From an uncultured bacterium (GTDB taxonomy: Bacteria; CSSED10-310; CAZUFC01), in the NCBI GenBank assembly GCA_964619725.1, contig CAZUFC010000126.1:1-23423 (forward strand): DNA of 23,423 bases. The letters run 5' to 3'. Positions 11,112-19,134 of the stretch are shown here, piece after piece (the first letter of the stretch is position 1; each line of letters opens with the position of its first letter). Both the position numbers and the translations under genes were made by a program. Below the pieces are notes generated by a model. That model was given only the letters and a program-made list of their open reading frames with translations, was not told the DNA's origin and did no database searches.

Positions 11112-12029
11112 ATGAAAAAGGAGAAAATAAATTACGGAGGCTGGGAAAACAGCTTGCGACTTTCGAACGGAATTGCAGAATTAATAATAATAACGGATGT
11201 CGGACCGCGAATTATTCATTACGGACTGGAGAACGGACAGAACGAATTCAAGGAATTTGAAGAGATGAGGGGAAAAAAGGGCAGCCGTAAATGGCGAATA
11301 TACGGCGGACACAGATTATGGCATGCGCCCGAAAGAAAAGACAGGACTTACTATCCCGACAATCATCCCATTGAAGTGAAGGAGCGGGAAGATTCGATCA
11401 GCCTGATTCAACCAGTTGAACCGGCGACCGGCATATCCAAAGAGATCAACGTATTGCTGGAACCGGTAAGCGCTCAGGTTCGCGTAACTCATATCCTGCG
11501 CAACAATGGAGTATGGCCGGTAAAGCTTTCTCCCTGGGCTCTGTCGGTCATGCATCCCGGAGGAACAGCGATTGTACCGCATGCACCCCGGGGAGAACAC
11601 GATAAAGAACTGACGCCGACGCACAGCATGTCGCTCTGGGCTTATACCGATATGTCGGACCCCAGGTGGCGGTGGGGCAACAAGTATGTCATGCTTCGTC
11701 AGAATGCCGGCATGCCGGCGCCTCAGAAAATAGGCTTACGAGCGGTCGACGGATGGATGGCCTATTGGAACCGTAACCGGCTTTTCGTTAAACGATTCCC
11801 CTTCTTTCCCGATGCTGAATATCCGGACTACGGCTGCTCCGCAGAAATCTTCACTAACGCGGATATGCTTGAACTCGAATCTCTCGGTCCTATGACAACG
11901 CTCGAACCCGGCGAATACCTCGAACATCAGGAATACTGGAATTTGTTCGATGAAGTCGCAAAACCTGAAACGGAACAGGATGTCGACGACATTCTGCTCC
12001 CGCTTATCCAATCATGCCGTCAACTATAA
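11112..12029 (+). CDS. Conserved protein, DUF4380-like, probable galactose-mutarotase-like fold (305 aa)
   Basis: AAGGAG RBS upstream. Motifs YGGW..L.NG..ELII..DVGPRII, YGGHRLWHAPE and LELESLGP...LEPGE...HQEYW are typical of this uncharacterised family. Confidence 0.8.
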   Translation: MKKEKINYGGWENSLRLSNGIAELIIITDVGPRIIHYGLENGQNEFKEFEEMRGKKGSRKWRIYGGHRLWHAPERKDRTYYPDNHPIEVKEREDSISLIQPVEPATGISKEINVLLEPVSAQVRVTHILRNNGVWPVKLSPWALSVMHPGGTAIVPHAPRGEHDKELTPTHSMSLWAYTDMSDPRWRWGNKYVMLRQNAGMPAPQKIGLRAVDGWMAYWNRNRLFVKRFPFFPDAEYPDYGCSAEIFTNADMLELESLGPMTTLEPGEYLEHQEYWNLFDEVAKPETEQDVDDILLPLIQSCRQL

Positions 12030-12059
12030 ATATAGCCTTCCCCGTAAATCCGACGCATC

Positions 12060-12878
12060 ATGACGGATGATGAATTAGTCTCTTTTCTGCGATGGAGCCT
12101 CCCTCGTATGGGGCGCCGCTATGCCGGCGTCAGAAAAGTACGGCGACAAATTCGCAAACGTTTGAGCCGCCGAATGAGTCAGCTCGGTCTCGAATCGCTT
12201 GCCGAATATGAACGCCTTCTGCAACGGAATGAAAAGGAATGGGCGCTGCTGGACTACATGTGCCGGATTACCATTTCACGTTTCTATCGTGATAAAAAAA
12301 TATTCCAGACCATCAAAAACTCAATCCTTCCCTCACTCGCCGCCGGAAAAAGAAATCAATCCGAAGTAAAATGCTGGAGCGCCGGCGGATGCTCAGGTGA
12401 AGAACCTTATACCCTGCAGATTTTATGGCAAAAATGCGTCGTTCCTCGCTTCGATGAATGCCCTGATTTAATGATAACTGTGACGGAAATCGATCCTCTG
12501 CTGATTAAACGGGCAGAACAAGGCTTCTATCCGCCAGGCGCTCTCCGTGATTTTCCCGTGGAGTTGTTCGAGGATGCCTTTATCTTCCTGGACGGGAATT
12601 ACCAGTTGAAAGAAGAATTCAAACAAAATGTACGGTTCTTCCGTCAGGATATCAGAAAAGAAATGCCGGAAGGACAATTCGATATTATTTTATGCAGGAA
12701 TCTGGTCTTTACTTACTTCGAACCCGCAATGCAAAACGAAATTCTCGTGAAATTAACCTCAAAAATGCTGCCCGAAGGATATCTGATAATTGGTATCCAT
12801 GAATCCCTGCCGGATAGGTCGCATTTCCTGGAGCCTGTCGATAATCAAAGGGTAATTTTTCAAATTCACATCTCCTGA
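12060..12878 (+). CDS. cheR: CheR-family SAM-dependent protein-glutamate O-methyltransferase (stand-alone)
   Basis: TISRFYRD, WSAGGCSGEEPYTL, FDIILCRNLVFTYF and GYLIIGIHESL match CheR motifs. Starts 30 bp after the upstream gene, so probably co-transcribed. Confidence 0.9.
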   Translation: MTDDELVSFLRWSLPRMGRRYAGVRKVRRQIRKRLSRRMSQLGLESLAEYERLLQRNEKEWALLDYMCRITISRFYRDKKIFQTIKNSILPSLAAGKRNQSEVKCWSAGGCSGEEPYTLQILWQKCVVPRFDECPDLMITVTEIDPLLIKRAEQGFYPPGALRDFPVELFEDAFIFLDGNYQLKEEFKQNVRFFRQDIRKEMPEGQFDIILCRNLVFTYFEPAMQNEILVKLTSKMLPEGYLIIGIHESLPDRSHFLEPVDNQRVIFQIHIS

Positions 12879-12953
12879 CATTCGCCAATAAAAAATTGTG
12901 AAATTTTTGACGACAAAGCTGCAGACGTTCGAATAAATTCTTGTAAAACAAAG

Positions 12954-12984
12954 TCCCCCCGCCTGCGGGGGGATATAGGGGGGG
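12954..12984 (-). repeat. GC-rich palindromic REP-like repeat (C-rich leader + hairpin on the minus strand)
   Basis: Stem TCCCCCCGC-CT-GCGGGGGGA followed by TATAGGGGGGG, between convergent genes. Confidence 0.7.
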
Positions 12985-13079
12985 CTAAAAACTTCACAAT
13001 TATTATGCCGAGTTGCAATGCAAGAAAATAACACTTTTTCAATAGGTTGTGACATTCTTGTCAGGAGTTCAGAAATTCC

Positions 13080-15284
13080 TTATTCCACGGGTAATATAGT
13101 CAGATAATACGTTGACGAGGGTGACGGATAGCCTGTCGGATAATATGTGGGAATGGAGGTCGGATAAGCGGTCGGATAAGGAGTTGCTGTGGCGGTGTAA
13201 GTCGGGGGATATGTGGGATAGGAGGTTGGATAGGACGTGGGGACTGAAGTGGGATAATCCGTTGGGTAAGGAGTGGCCGTAGCGGTGTAAGTCGGCATGC
13301 TGGTGGGCGTCGTTGTTGAAGTGTGCGTGGGAGGATAAGTCGGATACTCAGTCGGAACGACAGTGGGATAATCCGTGGGATATGGGGTTGCAGTGGCCGT
13401 ATATGTGGGTGGAGAGGTTGGGTAGACAGTAGGAACCATTGTGGGAACGACAGTGGGATATTCGGTCGGCGCGACAGTTGGGTAATCAGTCGGCGCCATC
13501 GTAGGATAGTCAGTCGGCACAAGCGTCAGTTCTTCAGTGGGCGAGGGCGAAGGGGAGGGCGTTGAGGTCATCGTAGGCGTATTAGTCGGAGTTGGCGTCC
13601 GTGTTGGCGTTCGTGTCGGAGTGCGAGTCGGTGTTAATGTGGGGCATGGGTCCAAACAGCTTCCCTGTCCTTTTCCTGAGCTGCCGATGCCTGTGACGCT
13701 GATATCGAATTCCAGGTCTTCGGGACTCCACGTAATGCTTATTGATCCTATAGGCGTACGCCAGGCCCAACCGTAATAGAGTTTGCAATAACTGGAAATT
13801 GTTTCTTCCCGGCATTCGATCTGCGCATCGCCCAGGCACATCCAGGCGGTGCAGTCGGAGGAGCATATCGGCGGAGGATAGTCTTCACATGTCATTTCCC
13901 AATCGATTTCTCCGCTGATGCCGCCCCATATCCATAAAATGTCGTGCCCGCCGGAGCAAGTCTTGCTCTTCGGTTCGAATACCATTATGTTGGACAACAT
14001 TGAATCGAATTCAGGTTCATAATCATTACAGACGCAGATCGTAGTGAATACTTCTTTCTTATCTGCGCCTTCCCAGTAAATTTCGATCTTGTGCTGTCCG
14101 ACTTGAACAATGCCGTCGACCAGAGCGGTCCATTCGGCCAGCATTGCAGGATCGGCGCCTTCAAGCAAGACGGGAGCAACCGATGCCGGTTCCAACGGAT
14201 TTCCGGATACCGTATATGTTATGGAAGGGTCAGTCATCTCCGCCACAGCAGCCTCTCTTTCGGGTTCATTCGCTATGACGCTGAGTTCCGTCCATTCTGT
14301 TATAAGGACATTCGAGCCGAAAGTGGAATTCCAGTTTGCGACGGCCTCATTCAATGCATCGACATAATCCCTGTAAAAGAAATAATAAGGATTCTCCTGA
14401 GCGTCTTCTTCCTCGGCGGACCTTACGGCTTCTGCTTTCTGATGTAAATATGTTGTGGTAAAACCAGGGTTCTCAACGCTGATGTAATACTCTACCAGGT
14501 CCCCGTCCACGGCTCCCGGATACCAGGGTGAAGCGCCGTCGCAATCAGTCCACCAGTAATCGTTATCCCCGTCGTTGCATTTCCAGGTCAGATCATGCGT
14601 CTGCCATTGTCCCTCATTTATCCTGTAATGCAATGTGCAGGCGCTCGCTCCGCCGATGGGGTAAACGCCGCAATAAATGCATACAGGGTCGGCGGTCTCC
14701 TGGGGATAAAGCGCTTCCCGCATCGTCGCATCATAACCGCATGCTTCAGCCGAATCGGGAATATGCCAGGCGTTTACTGTCGGATAAGGCAAAGGCGTCG
14801 GCGATGAAAGAGGATATAATACAATGTCCTCAACAGTATTCTCGCCGGATGCTATCGTCACATTTTCCAACGATTCCGAAGAGTATCCCGATGCGCTCGC
14901 ATACACCCGGTATAAACCTTCATCAACGCCGTTTATTTCCCATTCTCCCAGAGGATTAGTCGTCGTTCCGTATTTATTCACCGCAAAAGCGAAACAAAAA
15001 ACACAGAAAATCATAAGAACGGCCGTTATCACGCTTGTCGACTTTTTCCCCCTCCTGACAAAACTGAGCGTTAATATACCGGATAAAAGGAATATCGACA
15101 ATATTCCGATTGCAGGCACCGCATCAAGCTTGGTCAGAGTTATAGATATGCCCGAATGATCCGTTTCGCCCGCCTTGTAAGCATGGCCCGCCGCATCTGC
15201 TGCGAAACAAGGCGAGAAAAAACCAGACAGAAAAAGCGCCAAACCAACCATGCAAGCCGTCAAGATGCTTTTCGATCCCTTCAT
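13080..15284 (-). CDS. Exported surface protein (734 aa): signal peptide, carboxypeptidase-regulatory-like domain interrupted by a 2-TM insert, Ig-like domain, Cys-rich domain, Pro/Thr linker and Tyr-Pro-Thr repeat tail
   Basis: AGGAGGAG RBS. Signal peptide ending CFA (aa 28). VPAIG-TM-RRGKK-TM-AFA at aa 56-101. TTTNPLGEWEINGVDEGLYRVYASASGY follows. C-terminal (PTxY)n repeats. Confidence 0.92.
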   Translation of the reverse strand: MKGSKSILTACMVGLALFLSGFFSPCFAADAAGHAYKAGETDHSGISITLTKLDAVPAIGILSIFLLSGILTLSFVRRGKKSTSVITAVLMIFCVFCFAFAVNKYGTTTNPLGEWEINGVDEGLYRVYASASGYSSESLENVTIASGENTVEDIVLYPLSSPTPLPYPTVNAWHIPDSAEACGYDATMREALYPQETADPVCIYCGVYPIGGASACTLHYRINEGQWQTHDLTWKCNDGDNDYWWTDCDGASPWYPGAVDGDLVEYYISVENPGFTTTYLHQKAEAVRSAEEEDAQENPYYFFYRDYVDALNEAVANWNSTFGSNVLITEWTELSVIANEPEREAAVAEMTDPSITYTVSGNPLEPASVAPVLLEGADPAMLAEWTALVDGIVQVGQHKIEIYWEGADKKEVFTTICVCNDYEPEFDSMLSNIMVFEPKSKTCSGGHDILWIWGGISGEIDWEMTCEDYPPPICSSDCTAWMCLGDAQIECREETISSYCKLYYGWAWRTPIGSISITWSPEDLEFDISVTGIGSSGKGQGSCLDPCPTLTPTRTPTRTPTRTPTPTNTPTMTSTPSPSPSPTEELTLVPTDYPTMAPTDYPTVAPTEYPTVVPTMVPTVYPTSPPTYTATATPYPTDYPTVVPTEYPTYPPTHTSTTTPTSMPTYTATATPYPTDYPTSVPTSYPTSYPTYPPTYTATATPYPTAYPTSIPTYYPTGYPSPSSTYYLTILPVE
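13083..13520 (-). repeat. Tyr/Pro/Thr low-complexity coding repeat (PTxY units; PTYTATATPYPT x3)
   Basis: About 146 C-terminal residues containing 23 Tyr (manual count), with degenerate 12-bp periodicity in the DNA. Confidence 0.9.
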
Positions 15285-15402
15285 TATACTCCTCCTTTTT
15301 TCCTCCGCTACAAAATGAAAATGGAATAATGGCCAGATGGTGAACGTTATAAATATAAACCTCAGAAGCCCTTACAGTCAAGTTTATTTCGCCGTGTGCA
15401 GA

Positions 15403-15442
15403 CCTCACCCCCCGGCCCCCTCTCCATGAATGGAGAGGGGGA
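15403..15442 (+). repeat. GC-rich palindromic REP-like repeat (C-rich leader + hairpin)
   Basis: A C-rich leader (15403-15415) precedes the perfect stem CCCCCTCTCCA-TGAA-TGGAGAGGGGG (15416-15441), between divergent genes. Confidence 0.75.
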
Positions 15443-15612
15443 GTAAGACAGGGTGATTTGATAGGATATCGGGGGTAAGGGTGGGTAGTTTAATAACATA
15501 GGAATGAGGCGGCTGGTTAGTTTTAGAGAAGATCGAGGGAGGAAGAGGCGTCTGTTTATTCATTATCGTCACTCGTCGATGCCGGCAATGGTAGTGGTAT
15601 CGGGAGGTAAGA

Positions 15613-15641
15613 TTTCATCAAACAAAAAATGCTTGTATAAT
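15613..15641 (+). promoter_or_regulatory. Candidate sigma70 promoter for the radical SAM gene
   Basis: Perfect TATAAT at 15636-15641 and a weak -35 (TTTCAT) 17 bp upstream. This would favour the GTG start at 15701. Confidence 0.35.
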
Positions 15642-15646
15642 AAGTA

Positions 15647-17599
15647 ATGCTTTCGATGACGTTTTTTTTCCGTCGAAATGCCATAAGCGAAAGGCGCTGT
15701 GTGACGAAATTAATATCAAATATTCTGTTCATGATTCCCGCATCTGATGATTCGGAATGTTTTTTTGATCATTTAGGAGTCGGATACCTTTCTGCATCGC
15801 TTCAGGAGCTGTATTTTGAATCGGTCATCGTCAATATGCCTATTCATGATATGAAAAACTTCCAGGCGGCGAAACTCATATGCAGGATGAATCCGGATGC
15901 CGTAGGCATGACCCTTCTGGACGAATCGACGCCTTCTGCGCTGGAATTGACGGCAATGATTCGAAACAAGGGATATAGTGGGCTGGTTATCCTGGGAGGT
16001 TACGGAGCGACGGGACAGATGAAGCTGATACTGAGTCAGAATCCGGGCGTTGACGTGATTGTATACGGCGAGGGAGAAAAGACGTTCCAGGAGCTGATCA
16101 AAAAGATGAAGACTGGGAGTGATTGGAGGGGCACTCATGGAATAGCTTTCAAAGTTGACTCAGGTATACAAGTAAATCCTCCCAGGCCTTTGATCGCAAA
16201 CCTGGATGAGATTCCTTTTCCCGTCAGGCCCAATGCCGAGAGAACCATACTGGAAAGGCTGCAGGCGACGATTCTGGGAACACGGGGCTGCTTCGCTGAT
16301 TGTTCTTTTTGCGCGATCAGAAATTTCTACGGACTCTCGCCAGGCAGAAAAAGGCGATCCCGCAGCATCGAAAACATAGCAGAAGAAATAGACTGGCTGG
16401 CAGGTCGTTATCCTGATATAGCCGAAATCAGTTTTGTCGACGATTCCTTTCTGCCTCCCGGTTCGCAGGGATTGGAACGTGCCTATGAATTCGCCCGAAT
16501 ATTATCCCGTCTCCGGAATAATATTTCTTTGACGATATCCATCCGAGCGTCCCAGGTTGATCGACGGATCATTCGGATGCTCAAACGCGTGGGATTGAAG
16601 TCGGTATTCCTGGGAGTCGAATCGATCAATGAACGTGCTTTGAAACTGCTAAATAAAAATCAGTCCCCCGATGATGCTTATAAAGCCCTGGCCGTGCTGG
16701 ATGAAGAACAAATCGTCAGCGGAATCGGATACATCGGTTTCGATCCTTTTACAACGCCGGATGAGCTGAAAAGATCGGCAGAGTTTTATCTGCAGCGGCT
16801 TAGTAAGGGCTCAAAAGTCGTAACCATTTCCAATTATCTCCGTCTTTTCTCAAATATTCCCCTTCTGGAAGAATTCAAGCAAAAAGGAGTTCTGATCAGG
16901 GAGGATTATTCCTTTGGTTTCAGATTCATCGATCATAAGACAGATTTTATTTTTAAGTGCCTGCAGACGTTAGCGAAAAATTATACGGATAATATCAGCA
17001 TACGTACGAAGCAGGGCGCACTGAATATGCAGGTGATGCGAACTCAGATCGGAAAACGACGCTACAGCATAATCATCGGACAGATCAATCAATCTTTTTT
17101 ACGTATTATAGAAGCCGAGGTCAGGTTATTGTTAGGACTTATAGAACTGATAAAAAGGGATGATATAAACCGGAAGAAACTGACGGAGCTGGTCATTCAG
17201 TTTGAAAAGCAAGTACAAGTATCAGATAACTTCCTGAAAATGCTGGAACAGGAACTGATAGGCAAGAAAGGGAAAAAACGAATAAAAACTTTCTGCGGCA
17301 AATGGAATGGCTCTTGTTTTATTTATGATATGCTCAATGACGAGTTTCATGAAACGGACGAACTGACCCGACGGATAGTCGACAAAATGAACTACAGGTC
17401 CTGGGAGGAGATAGAATCAGGATTGTCTTCTTCAGCAGAAGCGAATAAAGCGCGTCTGATCCGTAAACAAGTCATGAAAAAATTCGCAAAAGATTTACCT
17501 GAACCTCCGTCTTCGCCTCTTTATCCCGGCAGCGCCGAGAAAACGGTCGAAGCCATGTTCGGTTTTGCAGAAACAGCGATGGATGGTTATTCAGATTAA
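15647..17599 (+). CDS. Cobalamin (B12)-binding radical SAM protein with putative C-terminal RRE/PqqD-like domain; true start may be GTG 15701
   Basis: N-terminal B12-binding-domain motifs (HLGVGYLSASL, VILGGYGAT, DVIVYGEGE, NLDEIPFP). TRGCFADCSFC supplies CxxxCxxC at aa 215-222, followed by FVDDSF and VFLGVES. AAGG lies 6 nt before GTG 15701. Confidence 0.93.
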   Translation: MLSMTFFFRRNAISERRCVTKLISNILFMIPASDDSECFFDHLGVGYLSASLQELYFESVIVNMPIHDMKNFQAAKLICRMNPDAVGMTLLDESTPSALELTAMIRNKGYSGLVILGGYGATGQMKLILSQNPGVDVIVYGEGEKTFQELIKKMKTGSDWRGTHGIAFKVDSGIQVNPPRPLIANLDEIPFPVRPNAERTILERLQATILGTRGCFADCSFCAIRNFYGLSPGRKRRSRSIENIAEEIDWLAGRYPDIAEISFVDDSFLPPGSQGLERAYEFARILSRLRNNISLTISIRASQVDRRIIRMLKRVGLKSVFLGVESINERALKLLNKNQSPDDAYKALAVLDEEQIVSGIGYIGFDPFTTPDELKRSAEFYLQRLSKGSKVVTISNYLRLFSNIPLLEEFKQKGVLIREDYSFGFRFIDHKTDFIFKCLQTLAKNYTDNISIRTKQGALNMQVMRTQIGKRRYSIIIGQINQSFLRIIEAEVRLLLGLIELIKRDDINRKKLTELVIQFEKQVQVSDNFLKMLEQELIGKKGKKRIKTFCGKWNGSCFIYDMLNDEFHETDELTRRIVDKMNYRSWEEIESGLSSSAEANKARLIRKQVMKKFAKDLPEPPSSPLYPGSAEKTVEAMFGFAETAMDGYSD

Positions 17600-18615
17600 C
17601 GCCGGCTGGAAATATATATGGCGACGGCCAGGATTATAAGCAGAACCGTCCATATCGATATGGCGCGTCGGGTCGCTTTCCTGGCTTTGCCTGCTTCCCA
17701 CCATTGCCTTGGTCGAATGCCGAGAAGCAGGAATGTAAGGACGCCTGAAAGATTAATGCAGATCAGATTCGTCAGAAATAATAAAAAAGCGCCGCCGGCA
17801 GGTGAAAAAGCGCCGGAACCGAAAAGCAGGCCGGCGGTAATCAAAGGCGGCAGAAGAGCCACGGCGACCATAACGCCTATAAGCGCTGTGGATATGCCGC
17901 TGGTAAATGCCAGAGCTCCCGCGCATCCTGAGGCCAAAGCTAAAACGATATCCGACAAATGAACGACTGTTCGGGCTGAAATTTCGCGGGTTTCGTTACT
18001 GACGGACAGGATAAGGCCTAATACCGCAGAAAAACCCGAAGCTGTCAGTATCCCCAGAATATTCGTCTTAAATGCCTGATAACCCAGTTTGAAATCCGCC
18101 AGAGTCGTCGCCAGGGACAAACCTACGTTAGGCGCTAACAAAGGAGCGATGACCATAGCCCCTATTATTACCGCAACATTGTCCCTCATCAAACCCACCG
18201 CAGCGACGACAGTCGATAGGATTACCATAGCAACGTACACTTTGCTGAATTTCGTGCCGTCCGACAGGTCAGAATATAATTCTTCACGACTGATCCGCAT
18301 GACCGAACGCTGTTCTTTTTTTTCTGCTGTTGATTCAGTTAATTCTGCACTCTCATCTGTTTTTTCTTCATACCGCGGGACGGTCGCTTCGACGGGAAGT
18401 ATCACCGCCCTGAATCGCTCAAATCGAGAAAAGCGGCTTTCCATATCGTCCAGAAACTTTTCTGAATTTTCTACAGTGATGAGAACTCTGATCAGCATAT
18501 GACCGTCCGCACTTTTTCCAGCGCTGAAGTAAATCAAGGATTCATCGTCGGAAATTTCCGACAATTTAAATGCAGCTTCATCAGGCATCATTATTTCGAT
18601 AAGTCTCAATGACAT
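17596..18615 (-). CDS. TIGR00341 / DUF389 family integral membrane protein (339 aa)
   Basis: LRLIEI at the N-terminus, RISREELY, AVIIGAMVIAPLLAP, LIGVMVAVALLPP and FLTNLICINLSG, with multiple TM helices. GGGAG RBS upstream. Confidence 0.92.
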   Translation of the reverse strand: MSLRLIEIMMPDEAAFKLSEISDDESLIYFSAGKSADGHMLIRVLITVENSEKFLDDMESRFSRFERFRAVILPVEATVPRYEEKTDESAELTESTAEKKEQRSVMRISREELYSDLSDGTKFSKVYVAMVILSTVVAAVGLMRDNVAVIIGAMVIAPLLAPNVGLSLATTLADFKLGYQAFKTNILGILTASGFSAVLGLILSVSNETREISARTVVHLSDIVLALASGCAGALAFTSGISTALIGVMVAVALLPPLITAGLLFGSGAFSPAGGAFLLFLTNLICINLSGVLTFLLLGIRPRQWWEAGKARKATRRAISIWTVLLIILAVAIYISSRR

Positions 18616-18769
18616 TCATCGACTCCCTTAATCATAGAAAAATTCTGAATAAAACAGTCAATCAGTTGATCACAATCCAAACGCAACTATGAATACTATC
18701 ATATTCCCGATCCTGCAGAAACATGGTCAGAGTTCAAGCAAAAAAACAGCTCTGAGTCAGTCAAATAGA

Positions 18770-18912
18770 GGGACTGATCAAATCGGGGTTACACGTCTTT
18801 CAAAACGTTTGACAGTTTTTTTCAGTAATCGGTATCGGGGTCGAAATCGAAACAAAATGATGGCAGATTCTGTCGAATTGTAACCTCAAAAGACGCTTTT
18901 TTGATCAATGCC
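18770..18912 (+). mobile_element. Putative 143-bp MITE (GGGACTGATCAAA family, most complete copy)
   Basis: Imperfect TIRs GGGACTGATCAAA / TTTGATCAATGCC, an inner pair GGGGTTACA / TGTAACCTC, and partial copies at 97-206 and 10476-10519. Confidence 0.55.
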
Positions 18913-19036
18913 AGAACCACGAATCAAGCGAATAAGAGGGGCTGTCCTGTGGTAAAGCTAACCCCCGCAGCATATATTTCCCGTGACATTAGATATCTGC
19001 AAAGAAAAAAATCATTTACAAAGAACGAAGAGAAAA

Positions 19037-19078
19037 GTAGGGGTAGCGAGGAATCCAACTCGCTCTCCTTACCCCAAC
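19037..19078 (+). repeat. GTAG-type REP-like hairpin
   Basis: GTAGGGGTA...TACCCCAAC outer stem with one mismatch and an inner AGCGAG/CTCGCT stem. Confidence 0.5.
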
Positions 19079-19134
19079 CGTAAGAAGAAAAAGCATAAGC
19101 GTCTGTTTTGAAAAGCGCCCGGAAGAAAAACAGA

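Noticed and set aside
15504-15647. 47-aa ORF (MRRLVSF...CLYNK) whose stop overlaps the radical SAM ATG, as a possible RiPP precursor
   Set aside because: It has no well-spaced RBS and no leader/core pattern. It also overlaps the likely TATAAT promoter, and the enzyme probably starts at GTG 15701. Not fully excluded.
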